Assembly: GCF_009914755.1 (NCBI RefSeq)
Contig: NC_060925.1
Reading direction: 5' to 3' (one strand)
Source: the human T2T-CHM13v2.0 reference genome, Homo sapiens
Length of the DNA stretch: 64,000 nt
Shown piece after piece: positions 30,630 through 45,940 of this stretch (position 1 is the stretch's first letter; every line of letters begins with the position of its first letter). The notes under the pieces were generated by a model, which saw nothing but the letters and a program-made list of their open reading frames with translations, did not search any database and was not told the origin of the DNA. The position numbers and the translations under genes are program-made.

Positions 30630-32930
30630 TAGCTTCACTGTCAAAATATACTCTGAATTGCATCACTTTTCACTGCATTCTGTATCACTCTGGATCAAGT
30701 CACTATTATTCCTCATCTGAATTATTGCAATGGCCTCCCAACTGGCATTTCTGCTTTCACCCTTGTTCCCCACCCCCAGTCTACTCTCAACACAGCACCC
30801 TTAGCAGTCCTTTAAAAACTTAAATGTAAAATTCATATGGAATCATAAAAGGGCCTAAATAGCCAAAGCAATCCTAAGCAAAAAGAACAAATCTGGAGGC
30901 ATCACATTACCCAACTTCAAATTATACTACAAGGTTATAGTAATCGAAACAGCATGGTACTGATATAAAAGTAGATGCATAGACCAGTGGAACAGACTAG
31001 AGAACCTGGAAGTAAAGCCAGATACTTAGAACCAACTGATCTTCAACAAAGCATACAAAAACATAAATTGGGAAAAGGACACCCTATTTAGTAAATGGTT
31101 CTGTGAAAACTGGAGAGCCACTGGATAGAAGAATGAAACTGGATCCATCTCTCTCACCACATACAAAAATCACCCTAAGATGGAATAAAGACTTAAATAT
31201 AAGACCTGAAACCATAACAATTCTAGAAGAAAACATAGGAAAAATTCTTCTGGACTTTGGCCTAGGCACAAAATTATGACTAAGACCCCAAAAGCAAATG
31301 CAACAAAAATTTAAACAAATAAACGGAACCTGATTAAACTAAAAGGCTTTTGTGCAGCAAAATATATAATCATCAGAGTAAAGAGAAAACCCACAGAATG
31401 GGAGAAGATATTTGCAAGTATCCATCTAAGAAAGGACTAATATCCAGGATCTACAAGGAGCTCAAACAAATCAGCAGGAAAAAAAAAAAACAAATAATTC
31501 CATTAAAAAGTGGGCAATTTACATGAATAGATGCTTCTCAAAAGAAGGTACACAAATGGCCAATAAACATGGAAAAAATTTCAACATCACTGAACATCAG
31601 GGAAATGCAAATCAAAGCCACAGTGAGATACCACTTTACCCCAACCAGAATGGCCATTGTTAAAAATCCAAAAAGCGATAGATGTTGTCACAGATGTGGT
31701 GAAAAGGGAACACTTATACACTGCTAGTGGGAATGTAAATTAATATAACATCTATGGAAAACAGTATGACGATTTCTCAAAGAACTAAAAGTAGCAATCC
31801 CACTGTTGGGTATCTACCCAAAGGAAAATAAGTCATTATATCAAAAAGGAAAATAAATCATTATATCTGCACATGTATGTTTATCGCAGCACAATTGACA
31901 ATGGCAAAGGTATAGAACTAACCTAAGAGCTCATCAACCAATTAGTGGATAAAGAAAATGTGGTATATACATGCCATGGAATACTACTCAGCCACAAAAA
32001 AGAATGAAATAATGTCTTGCACTACTTGGATGGAGCTGGAGGCCATTATTTTAAGTGAAATAACTCAGGAATGGAAAACCAAATGCCATATGTTCTCACT
32101 TATAAGTGGGAGTTAAGTTATGGGTACACAAAGGCTTACAAAGTGGTATAATGGACATTTGAGATTCAGACAGGGGAAGGTTGGGAGGAAGGTGAGGGAT
32201 AAAAAACTGCATATTGGGTACAATGTATACTACTTGGGTGACAGGGGTACTAAAATATCAGACTTCACCACTATACAGTTCATCCATGTAACCAAACACC
32301 ACTTATACCCTTAAAGTTATTGAAATAAAAATGTATTTAAAATTTAAAAAAGAAAACCTAAATGTGTCATCCACTACTCAAAAGTTTCCATGGCTCCTTC
32401 TCATTTAGTATAAAAGCCAATGTCTTTGATTAGTCCTGGGCCCTACCTCATCTGGCCTCCATCTGTGACTTCATCTGATATTTTTCTTCCTGTAACTCCA
32501 TTCTGAACATATAGGCCTCCTAACTGTTTCTTGAATATAACAGGCCTCCTCCTGCCCCAGTGACTTTTGACTCTTCCCTCTGCCTCAGAGTCTCTTCTCC
32601 CAGATATCCATTAGTTTGTTCCTTCACTGCCTTCAGATCTTTGTTCAAATGTAACCAATGATACTTTCTTTTCCTGACAATCGTATTTAAACTTGCTATC
32701 TTCCTCCCATCCCTCAGCCTCTAGCATATCCTGTTCTTCCTTGCTTTATTCTTCCAACGCTTATCATTTTACCTGACTTATTTTTCTGGGCTGTTGTCTA
32801 TTCCTCCCCCTGTAACCCATGCTCTATGAGAGCAAGGATTTATGTATTTTGCTCACTACTATATCCTCAGTGTCTTGACTATTCCTGGCACAGAGTAGCT
32901 GCTTAATAAATAATTTACTGAATGAGTGAA
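30630..32930 (+). mobile_element. L2a remnant split by an L1 insertion
   Basis: L2 motifs on both sides of the L1; L2 3' end ...taataaataatttactgaatgagtgaat. Confidence 0.7.
30828..32352 (+). mobile_element. LINE-1, 5'-truncated (L1PB4-like)
   Basis: ORF2 3' part, 3' UTR and A-rich tail; TSD aaaac(t/c)taaatgt at 30815-30827 and 32353-32365. Confidence 0.92.
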
Positions 32931-34783
32931 TACATCCACAAAAGTAGTGATTATGAAAATTGGGTCATAATTTGAAAAGTGGAAAGTATGTTACTGTAAG
33001 CTGTGATGTGCACAGTGGCTGTGGCAATGTGGTGTAGCATAGTCTGGGAGCTGCAGATGAGAGAGATCTGGATTTGAATCCTGAGTCCACTACTTCCTAG
33101 TTATGTGAACTTCGGCAAGTGTACCTAACCTCTCAGTTTTATCATCTGTGGAACAGGTAGAATAATACCTCCTTCATAGCATGGTGAAAATTAAATGAGA
33201 AGATGTAGGAAAAACCTGGCACATAATAGGTGTTCTATGAACATTAACTCTCTCTCTTCTCCTGAAGAATATATACACAGTGGGTAAGAATTGCAAAATA
33301 ATTGGGTGTTTCAAAGACAGGGATGATGCACTTTTATAAAAAAATTTTAATACACAAGTCCTCTCTAAGCATGGATATATATATAAAAACAGTGCCAGAC
33401 TAGGAGTATGGAGACCTGGGTTCTGGGTTCACCTCTGATGCAGGCTGTGTGACATTAAGCAAATCCTAACCTCTTGGGACTGTCTTTTCATCTGCAAAAT
33501 GAAGAGGTAGAATTTAGTAAGTTTGAGTCCCATCAATGCTTAAAATTCTATAATTCAGAAAGGCAGGCCATTCTACCTAGTTTCATCCCGCTTTAGCTCA
33601 GCCTTACTCAGATATGCTGGCCAGATGTTTCTAATCTTACACATAAAAGACTCTGGTATTCAGAGGCCAAAAGAAACTGGACAATTTAAGAAAAGTACTA
33701 AGCAGATGAGTTTTCCTTCTGTCTGATTCTTAAACAGCTACATGACAATTATTCAAACTTAAGAAAACAGGAAAAGAAAAGCAAGTATGCATATTTAGGT
33801 TTGAATCAACTATGTGAATATTTAGCCATGAAGAAAAATGTGTTTTTTTGTGTGTGTTTTATTAATTATTATTTGTACAACCACCAAAAAGTAGACGTCA
33901 GCAGTTTTCAACTGTAACTATAACCTTGTACCATGTGGCTGTGGGCCGAAGTGCAGGAGGGAGTAGCTGGAAGGGAATCTGGCTAGAGCCTTCCCCTGCT
34001 CTGGAAAGCTCGTGGCTTTGTTTTTTTCACATTGCTACACCGAGACGGAGGAGGGGAGGATGTTTGGGTTTACAGGCCACCAGCCACTGTCAGCAAGTTT
34101 GTAGCCCCAGCTTCACTTCCCTGAAAGGGCGGGGGAGTTTCAGCTGCCCTGGCCTCCCTCCAGCAACTGAGCCACAGAGGATTCAAATACCCCATCAGTT
34201 GCAAGGCCCTGACTTTACCCAGCTGAAAACTGACTATCTCATCTGGGAAGGGTCAGTTAAAAAATGACAGAACTGCCTAAAGTAAACAAAGGGAACAACC
34301 ACAACAGAAACTTTCTCTGCAGTGTTTCCTTATAATTACCGGCCCATCCCACCAGGGCTCTGGCTTGAGTCCCCATCCACTCTCCCTGTTGCCCCCACAG
34401 GACCTTGTTTGAGTAAGCCCTAGCTGACCTGAGGATCGCCTCCCTGTCTACATGCCTCTGTCCCACCCTCTCCATGGAGGGGAGGGAGACTCCCGATTGC
34501 AGGAAGTTTTGAGAATGGAGTTTGAGGATTGTCAGGCAAAAAGACCCTCTAGAGCTCATTCATTAGGACCCCTAATAGATGAGTAAACAGCTTAAATGAA
34601 GTGCCTAAAGTTGAGAGCAAGTATGGGACAGAACTGGTTTTCTTCTTGCTAACCGAGTGCTCTTTCCAGTAATCATATACTGTTGTAAGGCACTAAAGAT
34701 AAGGAAACTAACATTGAAGTTCTTTCTCCACCTTTTCATTCTAACCAAATCCTACTTTGTTGGACTTTTACACTTTATAGATA

Positions 34784-35100
34784 GGCTGGGCATGGTAGCT
34801 CACACCTGTAATCCCAGCACTTTGGGAGGTCGAGGTAGGTGGATCATAATGTCAGGAGTTCAAGAACAGCCTTGCCAATATGGTGAAACCCCATCTCTAC
34901 TAAAAATAAAAACAAAAAAAAAATTAGCTGGGTGTGGTGGCGGGCGCCTGTAATCCCAGCTACTCAGGAGGCTGAGGCAGAGAATTGCTTGAACCCGGCA
35001 GGCGGATGTTGCAGTGAGCTGAGATCATGCCACTGCACTCCAGCCTGGCTGACACAGCGAGACTCAATCTCAAAAAAAACAAAAACAAAAACAGAAAAAC
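34784..35100 (+). mobile_element. Alu (AluSg-like)
   Basis: Full Alu; TSD ac(a/g)ctttatagata. Confidence 0.95.
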
Positions 35101-38100
35101 ACGCTTTATAGATAAACATATTTTGAATTTAGACTTAAGGACAAGGACTAAATCTTACACTCTGTGTACCTTGTTCGTACTTCAGAGTTCATGAAGTGTG
35201 TTCATGGTCAGCAGCCAAGTAGAGCGGGTAGGACATTTGCTTCAGAGTTGAGCAAGCCTCAGAATCCCATCTCTGCACATTCTAGCTGTGTAAACTTGTA
35301 GGCAGATTACCTACTCTAAAACTTAGTTTCCACATTTGCAAAAGGGGAACAATAATAGCTCCACCTCATTATTTTGTCATGAGGATTTCATGGATGATAC
35401 ATGTAATGCACATTGAAAAACTCAACAAATGTTAGAAATGGTAAATAGTTCTGGAAGGCATTTATCATTCCCATTTTACAGATGAGAAAATTAAAGCTCA
35501 GAGAGTTTAAGGGCTAGAGTCATACAATTGGTTAGTAAGATAGCTAGGATTTAGCTCAGCCTCCCAGCTCCATATCCACAGTACTTGCTGCCCCACCATT
35601 GAGTGTAGACAATTGGGGGTGGCTCTAAGCCATGGGCCAAATATGTCTGTCCCTATCATCATGGAATGACATGTTATTTATTAAGCCCATATATGCTTGA
35701 GGTGCCAGGAAATGGATGCTTCTGGGGTGAGGTAGGCTCTTCATGTGCAGCCTTCATGTACAGATTCCAGCCAAGGAAACCAAGCCTGGCACTAATCCCT
35801 TGTCCAAGCCCAGAGACGCTGTGCCCACGGAGTAGGTCAGAAGTCCTTGAATATCCTCAGCTTTCCTTTCCTCTGGCAATGCTTCCTTGATGCCCTAAGA
35901 ATATTTTGCTTACCCTGACATTAGAGCCCTCTTCACACTCCCAAGCTTTCTAGTATTTTGGGTGTGCATCTGATTCTCCTGTTGAAACTGGACTCCAAAG
36001 TGAAGTGCTCAAAATGGTACATAGAGGTATGAGAAAAACATATGTGAATACTTGCTTCTATTTATTTTTTAATCTAAAATATTAAGAAAATTAGGCTTTA
36101 CTAATATTAAAATGTCACAGTAGAGTGTATGGAATTTATAGCAAACATGCAATTATTAGGCATGTATGCTGGTTTTCTTTTCTTTCTTTCTTTCTTTCTT
36201 TCTTTTTTTTTTTGATGGAGTGGTATGAAGAAAAGAGACTAGAGGTAACTGTTCTAGAAAGTAAGGTCCTACAGGCAGAAGATGTGTCTTTTTCTAATGT
36301 GTATTCCACCCCTCCCTCATTAGCACTAAATGACTCCTCCCTGATTAAATAAATTTGGCATCTATGTAAACTTGGTGGTCTTTCTTGTTTTTCCCCTCCT
36401 TTTGTCATCCATCTGATATAATGTCTTATTCAATATTCTCCCAAGACCTGAACAAATAATAAAGCTGTGTTAGTAAAGAGTGCAAATTGCCATAAAAAGA
36501 CTGAAAAGTAAGATTCATAGTCCCCAAGGAGATGGTTAATGGTAGTCAATAAGGCATATAGCGGGCAAAAGAAAAGCTAAATGTAAAACTTCATGGAAGA
36601 ACTCATGGACACAGTCAGGCAGGGAGCCCCAGCACTACAGCCTGAGAAATCAAATGTAATCTGAGCATATGTGTGTTTTCAAACTAACCACTGCCCTCTC
36701 TCTCCTCTGAAACTTGCAGAAAGCAATGCAACACAATGCAATGAGTCAGGGTCTTGGAGAAAGAAAGAAATCCCAACTCTGTCACTGTCCTGGTTGGGTG
36801 ATCTTGGGCAAGGTCCATAATCACCCCCACTCCCAGGAAAAATAGTTCTTCACCTACAAATGAGGTTGAGCTAGATGATTTTGGAGGTTACTTTCATGCT
36901 TTGAAGCAGCCCATGTTTTCTTCCTGAGGCAATTTATACTTCAAGTGACACCATGAAGCTCACTGGACCAAAAATATCACCTTACCACCAAGCCTTTCAT
37001 GGTTTGTGACATCCTCTCCTCAGGCACCGTGTCTCCATGCGGTGCTTCCCAACCTAGCAATAACTTACTGGCATGAATCCACTTCAAGTATCAGTTATGT
37101 CCATGATGCATGTAGAGTGGGAAAGCAAGATATGAAAGGTTATATATGTGGTATGCGTATGTCTATAAATACCTACAAATATATGTGCATACACATAGAA
37201 AAAGAACTGAAAGATACTCAGCATACTTTCAACACTGATTATTCCTAGGGAGTAGGAAAGCAAGATGAAGGTATGAATTTTACCATTTACTTTAAATCCT
37301 CCTATATTTTTGTTGTTTTTTAAAAATAAATGATTTTACTATTTACAAATAAAAATTTTAAAAAATAAACATTAAAGTCCTATACAAATGTTTAATAATA
37401 TTTGTAATAAGTAGCACCAGTTTCTTCAAGAAGCCCTACCAGAAGCAAATCTGCATCTTGATACTGCATTAGAGCCTTGGCTGAAGTACTAATAATACCC
37501 GAACATTCTATGGAGGATTGGGCCCTGGACTGGGAGAACCTAATCACATAATCAGAAACTCTTATTGAGTAATTTTGGGCAACTTGAGTTTTCCCAAACT
37601 TTACTTGAGTTTGTTTTTCTCGACTAGAAAACAATGCTTTTGAACTAAATCCTCTATCGGGAACTTTCTACTCTGAAGTCCTGTGATTCTTAACAACAGT
37701 ACATGCAAAAGACACAGGAAAGTGAGTATGTCATATGGCATCCAGGATACTTTCCCCCAAAGCAAAGTGAAAACTGATGTGAAACTCCTTCTTCCTTCCT
37801 TATTTTCCTCTCTCTCTCTCTCTCCACCTCTGTTATCTAAATGCTCTATATTTGAAGCATTCATCACTTTATAGGCCTTGATGGGATACAGAGGACAACC
37901 TTTTACTTTAGAAGCTGAAAATGTCAGATACTTGTTTTCCAGCTTCCCTTACAGGTATGCATAGGCATAAGGATCTGCATTGCTTTTTGACTCAGGAGCT
38001 AGTGACCTCAAATAGCAAAGACTGTTGAATCTGTTCTGCAGCAGGGAGTGGCATTAGTTGTAATAACAACATTCATTTTTTAGATGCTACAGTGGTGGTG

Positions 38101-38698
38101 GTTCTGGTGGTTCTAGCAGCAGGGACCAGCATCCAGGCTTGGGGCATTCACTGAGCAGTGGTTTCCATGCAGTGGGGGCATTGATGACTTCATGATATTG
38201 TTCTGCAGTACAATTTTAGGTGTTGCTTCTGGCTATGTAGCCTCTAAACCTGGGTTTCTAGTCCTCCTGGAGAGCTTGTGAACTACCTAATATTTTTTAA
38301 TAAATTCATTTACCGCTTAGATTAACTACAAATTGTTTCTGTTGCTTGCGACCGAAAACATTTACTAATGTACCTATTATTTTTTTTAAAAATCATGCAC
38401 TTGGAGATTATATATATATACACACACATATGTTTTTAAGGGAAAAAAACTCCCCTTCCCTTTGTTGATCCCTTATTTTCCCAGTTTCTTCTCTGGAGGT
38501 AGTAATAATGATTTGTTTCTTATGTATTCCTCCAGAGATATCTTGTGTGTACACAAGCACATCTATGTATTTAAGAAAAGTTACTTAAAAATCACTCAAA
38601 TAGGATCACTCCATATACACTGTTCCATAATTTGCTTGTAACCTTAAGACTACATGTTAGAGATAATTCCATAAATATAAAGCTGCCTCATTCTTTTT

Positions 38699-38993
38699 CT
38701 TATTTTTATTTTTAGAGACAGGTCTTGCTCTGTCTCCCACGCTAGAGTGCTGTGGTGTGATTATAGCTCACTGCAACCTCTAACTCCTGAGCTCAGGGGA
38801 TCCTCCTGCTTCAGCCTCCCAAGTAGTTGGGACAACAGGTACGTGCCACCACTCCTCGCTAATTTTTTATTTTTTGTAGAGTCAGGCCTTGCCATGTTGC
38901 CCGGGCTGGTCTCGAACTCCTGGCCTCAACTGATCTTCCCATCTTGGTCTCTCAAAGTGCTGGGATTACAAGTGTGAGTGACTGTGCCTGGCC
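38699..38993 (-). mobile_element. Alu (AluJ-like)
   Basis: Diverged Alu; TSD tgcctcattcttttt at 38684-38698 and 38994-39008. Confidence 0.92.
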
Positions 38994-39146
38994 TGCCTCA
39001 TTCTTTTTATTGGCTGCTTAATATCCCTCTGAATGAATATACTGTAATTTATGTAGCCAATTTCCTCCTGTAAGCAGTTGGGTTGCTTACAGTTTTTGTG
39101 ACTACAAATAATGCTGCAGTGAATATCGTTGTAAATATGTATTTTT

Positions 39147-39249
39147 AAAAAAATATGGAATGCTTCATGCATGTCATCCTTGTGCAGGGGCCATGACAAT
39201 CTTCTCTGTATCCTTCCAATTTTAGCATATGTGCAGCTGAAGTGAGCAA
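39147..39249 (-). pseudogene. RNU6: U6 snRNA processed pseudogene
   Basis: Reverse complement matches U6 nearly end to end (TGCTCACTTCAGCTGCACATATGCTAAAATTGGAAGGATACAGAGAAGATT...TTCCATATTTTT) with substitutions and a ~6-nt deletion. TSD gtaaatatgt at 39131-39140 and 39250-39259. Confidence 0.93.
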
Positions 39250-39654
39250 GTAAATATGTCTTAATGCCCAGTGCAAGCAGATACATGTCTGATAGGGAAG
39301 TTGCAGCGTCAAAAGGTAAATGTAACTTTAACATTTTGATAGATAGCACCAAAATGCACTGCAAATTTAGTAACAATTTTTAATCCTACTAAAAATATTT
39401 TAGACTCCCCCCCACCAAATCTTTACGTCACCAGTGTATATTATCAGATTTTATAATTTTGCTGTTCTAATAGGTGAAAACTGATTTTCTCATTGTTCTG
39501 ATTTTCATTCTTTAATTTATGAGTGAGGTTGAACATTTTTCATGTATTTAAAAGCCATTTGTAAGTATTCACCTGTGTAGTATATTCATGTCCTTTGCCT
39601 GTTGTTTTCTATTGGATTTTTATCTGTGTTTAATTGCTTTGTAAAAACTTCATC

Positions 39655-40065
<411 letters not shown>

Positions 40066-40678
40066 AAAATTCCATATTTTAAAGTAAATTTGCCTTTTGT
40101 CATACTTGTTGCAAAATTTTTTCCCAATTTGTTTTTGGTTTTCTGATCTTTTTAAATTTGATCTGATTTTTGGTTTTTGCTTTGCATAAATCTTTAATTT
40201 TCACAAAGCCAAATTTGTCTATATTTTTGCTTATGGCTCTGGATTTGTTTGGAATGGCTTTTGGCTGGGTAGCTTCTCATGGTTTCAACATTGAAGCTGC
40301 TAATTTAGAAAAACAATACTTGAGACTTCTGGTTAAAGACAGCAGATTAAACACATGCTCCACTCCCTCCTAGAACTCAACCAAAATTTAATGTTTTGAT
40401 TAAGTGATACATTCACATGGTTTTAAAACCAGAAAAATACAAAGATGCACAGCCTGAAACGTTTCCCTCATCTATGTCTCCCATCAGCTCAGTTTCCACT
40501 TTCTCCCTGTCCAGAAATAAGGACTGTTATGCTTTCTTATGCGTGTTTCCAGAGTTTCTTTATGCATATGTAAGCAAGTAAGAATTTTGGTGAGTTTTTT
40601 TTAAGGAGAAACCTACAAGGACAAAAGAATATAAAAAGGACAAGAGTAAGAAAGATAATTTTAAAAGCTGGAACATAA

Positions 40679-40990
40679 GGCCGGGCACAATGGCTCACGC
40701 CTATAATCCCAGCACTTTGGGAGGCTGAGGCAGGTGGATCACTTGAGGTCAGGAGTTCAAGACCAGCCTGGCCAACATGGTAAAAACCCATCTCAACTAA
40801 AAAAACAAAAATTAGCCGGGCATGGTGGCGGGTGCCTGTAGTCTCAGCTACTTGGGAGGCTGAGGCAGGAGAATCACTTGAACCGGGAAGGTCGGGGGTG
40901 GGGGTTGCAGTTAGCCGAGATTGCACCACTGTACTCCAGCCTGGGTGACAGAGTGAGACTGCGTCTCAAAAAATAAATAAATAAACAAAT
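40679..40990 (+). mobile_element. Alu (AluSx-like)
   Basis: Full Alu with a short G-rich insert near 40891; TSD aaaagct(g/a)gaacata. Confidence 0.95.
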
Positions 40991-41713
40991 AAAAGCTAGA
41001 ACATAGATGAATGAGTGGTAACTGAATCAAGAGACCTGAGAAAGCTGAATCCTAAGCCTGCAGATGAGAAAGGTAAAGCAACTCACTTTACATTTCAGAA
41101 TCCCCCAAATGCTCAGCAATTGGTGGCACCAGGTACTTTTGGAAATAAGGGTGAAGTTGTGGCTAAAAACAGTAAGTTGCATTGAAAATCAGTTCAGGAA
41201 ACAATGAAAGCTCCAGGCCCCCTCTTCCTCTTGCTGTTAGATGGATTGCCCCTTCCCCACGATGTCCAAGAATGGAGGTTTTTCTGGTGGGAGAGTAAGA
41301 CAGAGAAGGGACAAGGCACTATTGTGTGAAAGGACAACATGCTGGGAAAAAACAGGAGATTATAAGCCCATTGCCTTCTGCCATCTTCTCTTACTTAGGA
41401 AACCCTGACAGCCAGCCTGAATATTAGGAAAGCCTTCTCTGAAACCCTGACACACTGGAGAGAAATGCTCCAAAGATAACTCAGAAATGACAGCATCTCT
41501 GAAAGAAAAAGAAAACAAGAAGTATTAATAATATCTCCAGAGAAATAAGAGAACTAGTGCATATATGAAATAAGAACAGAATGCTATGTTTTAAAAGGAA
41601 CATTCAGAGAACAAAAAAAACTTAGAAATTTAAATATGATAGCAAAAATATAAAAAAGCTTAGTAGATTTGGAAAGTAGAAAGGAAAGCAGAAAGATAAC
41701 AGATAGAAAATAA

Positions 41714-42057
<344 letters not shown>

Positions 42058-42099
42058 TTATTTGGGAGATGACCCCAGTAAACATCTGTACGGGAGTAA

Positions 42100-42443
<344 letters not shown>

Positions 42444-45400
42444 GGAAGTTAATATATCTTGCAAGTTACTGTGAACCAGTGGAACTTGACTCCATCGGGG
42501 AACTCTGGGAGACCTGTGTAGAAAGCATGCTTCAGGGTTAATTAAGCCTCATGGTTGAGCAAGCTGGGATATTTATCTACTAACTCTCATCAGTCATTGG
42601 TTAAGGGTCTCTCCCAGGGAAAAGGGGGTTAATTCCCCAGCACTTCCTGAGCAAACTTTCAGTAGCTAGAAAAAGCCCTCAGGCAAACAGACATATGTGC
42701 TGGCAGTTTTGAAGGCCTGGATGTTAAGTGCCAAGAGAATTTGGGCAGGGCACTGATGGCAAATGTTATATCTTCCCTGCACTCTCTCTTAGGAAACTAC
42801 TGAAGAATGTGCTCCACCAAAACAGTGTTGTGAGTCAAGAAAGAGGAAGAGGCGGAATTCAGGAACCAGAGCACTCAACACAGAGGTGAAGAGAGTCCCC
42901 AGGATGTGGGTAAAGGGAAGTCCCAAGATGACAGATGCACAGCAGGCCTAGAGGTCAGTTAGCCCAGAGAGGAGCAGATCAGTAGGCTCTGGAAGAGCTC
43001 TCTTCCAGATGAAACTGATGGAATACCAAGTTTGTTTGGACATATTGAGAGGAGACTTAAACAACTACAGAGGAGTATGGATTAAATTAGTGGCATATGC
43101 ATAGAAAAACTAGGCAAATGAAAAATGAGACAATTATTAACTCCAGAGAAAGCAAAATAGTTTTGAAGAAAGTGATCATAATTTATTATGCAACACAGGT
43201 GTGAATAGTATTTATTTGATCATAGTAATATAAACACTGAGTGTCAGTTTAATAGTGACGTAGAAATATAGGCCCATGTGGTATAGGAAGAGGCGAAAAC
43301 TGAATCCCCATCTTCCACAGTGGAAAGTCAATAGAGAAAACTAAGAGGTAGCTATTTAGAGATACAATGATTTCCCTCCTCCCCCTAAAAAAAGATTTAG
43401 TGAAAGCATTGAAAGTGATTTCCTCTGAGGAGTGGGAAATGAAGGGGTGGAGTAGGGGAATGCTGTTTCTTGTAATTAGTAATTTAGAAATATTCGATTC
43501 TTTAAACTGTGCATATTTAACTTTGATGTTTAAAAAAACTAAATAAAACTCAGTAATTTTTTTCCTTTGCTGTATGAAAAAGGGAGGAGGTGAGATGGAA
43601 AATGTACCTCATTCCTAGCTGATAAGAAAACTGGGCAGGCAAAATGAAACTTGCTTGTTCCATGAGTCCATCAACCCAGCAGGGTCAATGTCTTTTCCAT
43701 CTTCTTCAGTCAGAAGAAAAGCTATGAGCAACTGGGAAATCAAAACTGAAATTCCTTTGAAAGAGCCATTGATGCCAAACTGACCTGAAATCTGGGGCTA
43801 CCCTAAGAGGGCTTTGGCCTAAATAAATGGTCCAGGGTAAGTACAAAGAAAGGATTCTATCAAATGCAAAAATGAGACCAGGATTATATTAAGGGAGCTA
43901 GTAACAGCACTTGAGTGCAAGTAGAATACATTCTTAATTATGTCTAATATGAATTTCTTTAAATTCTTTAAAAGCCAGTTGTTTTAAAATACAGAAATTA
44001 AAAATATTACTATATTGATTTATAGTTTTAATTTTAAAAACCATGGGAGTACTTTGTACAGTCTTTTAATTAACCGTATCTATGACTGAAATTGCACATC
44101 GTTTAGGTCTCTGGCCCGATCATGATACCAGAGTCTGTTACTTTCTGATTGCAGGCAAAATAACTACAGGAATGAGGCCTCCTGAAGGCAGAATCAGTTC
44201 TCCTTTCTCTTCCTGCCTTCAATCTTTACCTACTAGATCCTTCTCCTCAGCCTAGAAAAATGCCCAAAAAGTTCCAATCTAAAATAAAAATAAAGAAGGA
44301 ATTCTCACTTAAGCTATCACCCAAACTTTCTCTTTTCCTTCATCATAATACTTCTAAAAAAATATGCTAACTTCCTTTTCTTCCTTTACTTCCTCACCAC
44401 ATACTACTTCTTAACTCCTTGTAATCTAGCTTTCACTTTGACCGTTGCACTGAACCTGCTGTCTCAGAGGTCTCAAAGGACTTCTTACTTGCTAAATTTC
44501 GGTCCTGCTTAGCCCTCATCCTCCTCAACCTCTCTGTTTTTGACTTTCAAAATGTCTCACTGTGTCTCTCTCTGTTGCTCTGTCTCTCTCTCTTCTCTCT
44601 GTCTCTCTCACCCACCCACCCTCTAGCCCCCTTATTCTGTGTTATTCCTCTCTTTTGGTTTTCTCTCCTCCCTTATTATTCTTCCTTTGAGTCTTCTGTC
44701 CCGCTCATTCTCTTAAGAATAGGCATCCAATGAGATCCCATGACTCCCTGCAATATCTGGGATCTGCCTATGTCTCCAAACTCATATGCACCCTGTTCCC
44801 CCTTGTTCATTTCACTCCAGTCACACTGATGTTTCAGTTCCTCTAATGGGCCAATGAGCTCTTTATTACCTTAGGACCTGCTCTCTCTACCTGGGACACT
44901 CTTCCCCATGTTCCCCCACACCCAAAGCGCTTCATCTGGCTATTTCCAAATCAACTTTCAGGTCTCAGCTTCATATTACTTCCTCAGAGTGGCTCTCCCT
45001 AAGTGCATCCCCTCCCCACCCCTCCAAATTAAATCTGTTTCCCCATTTTTTCTATTTTAGAAATAGTTTTTTTATCAAATTATTATATGGTTTAAAATGA
45101 AAGACTACTTGTGTGTTTATTTGCTTAAATCTCTACCTTTCTCTCCAGAGTGTAATTTCCATGAGGACAGGAACCATGTCAGTTTTGTTTAACACTGTAT
45201 CCTTAGCATTCCACACAGACCTTGAAGCAGCAGACAACAAATATTGGTTGAATAAATGAGTGAACAAAGTGCCAGGCACTACAGTAAGTACTTCTTCCTG
45301 CCAGGCGCTATGGCAAGTACTTTACATATATCACCTCGTTTTTATTCTTACCACAACCCTATGCATAGGTACTACTATCAGATGAGGAAATGGAAGCTTA

Positions 45401-45445
45401 CAGAGACAGACCAATATGCCCAAAATCTCACAGAAAAATGAATGT

Positions 45446-45940
45446 AGCTATCACGACGTGAAAAGATGTAGAGGAACCTTAACTGCAGATTATTAAGTTA
45501 AAGAAGCTAATCTAAAAAGCCTTCATACTGTATGATTCCAACTATGTGACATTCTGGAAACAGCAGAACTATAGAGACAGTAGAAAGGTCAATAGTTGCT
45601 GGGGGTTGTCCTCGGGAGGGATGAAGAGGCAGAGCACAGAGGATTTTAAGGAACGAAAATACTCTGTATGATATATAATAGTGGATACGTGTCATACATT
45701 TGTCCAAACCCATAGAATGCACGATGCCAAGAGTGAATCCTAATTGACACTACGGACTTGGATGGTGATGATGGGTTGATGTAGGTTCATCAGCTGTAAA
45801 AAATGTACCACTCTGTGTGGGGATGTTGATAATGGAGAGGGCCTTTGCATGTGTGGGGACAGGGAGTATATGAGAAATTTCTATTCTTTCTGCTCAATTT
45901 TGCTGTGAATCTAAAACTGCTCCAAAAAATAAAATATTTT
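45446..45940 (+). mobile_element. L1MC-like 3' end inserted in a MIR
   Basis: L1MC 3' UTR motifs; TSD aaaaatga(a/g)tgt at 45434-45445 and 45941-45952. Confidence 0.8.

Noticed and set aside
38966-39376. 136-aa ORF
   Set aside because: Runs through L1M, the U6 pseudogene and an Alu.
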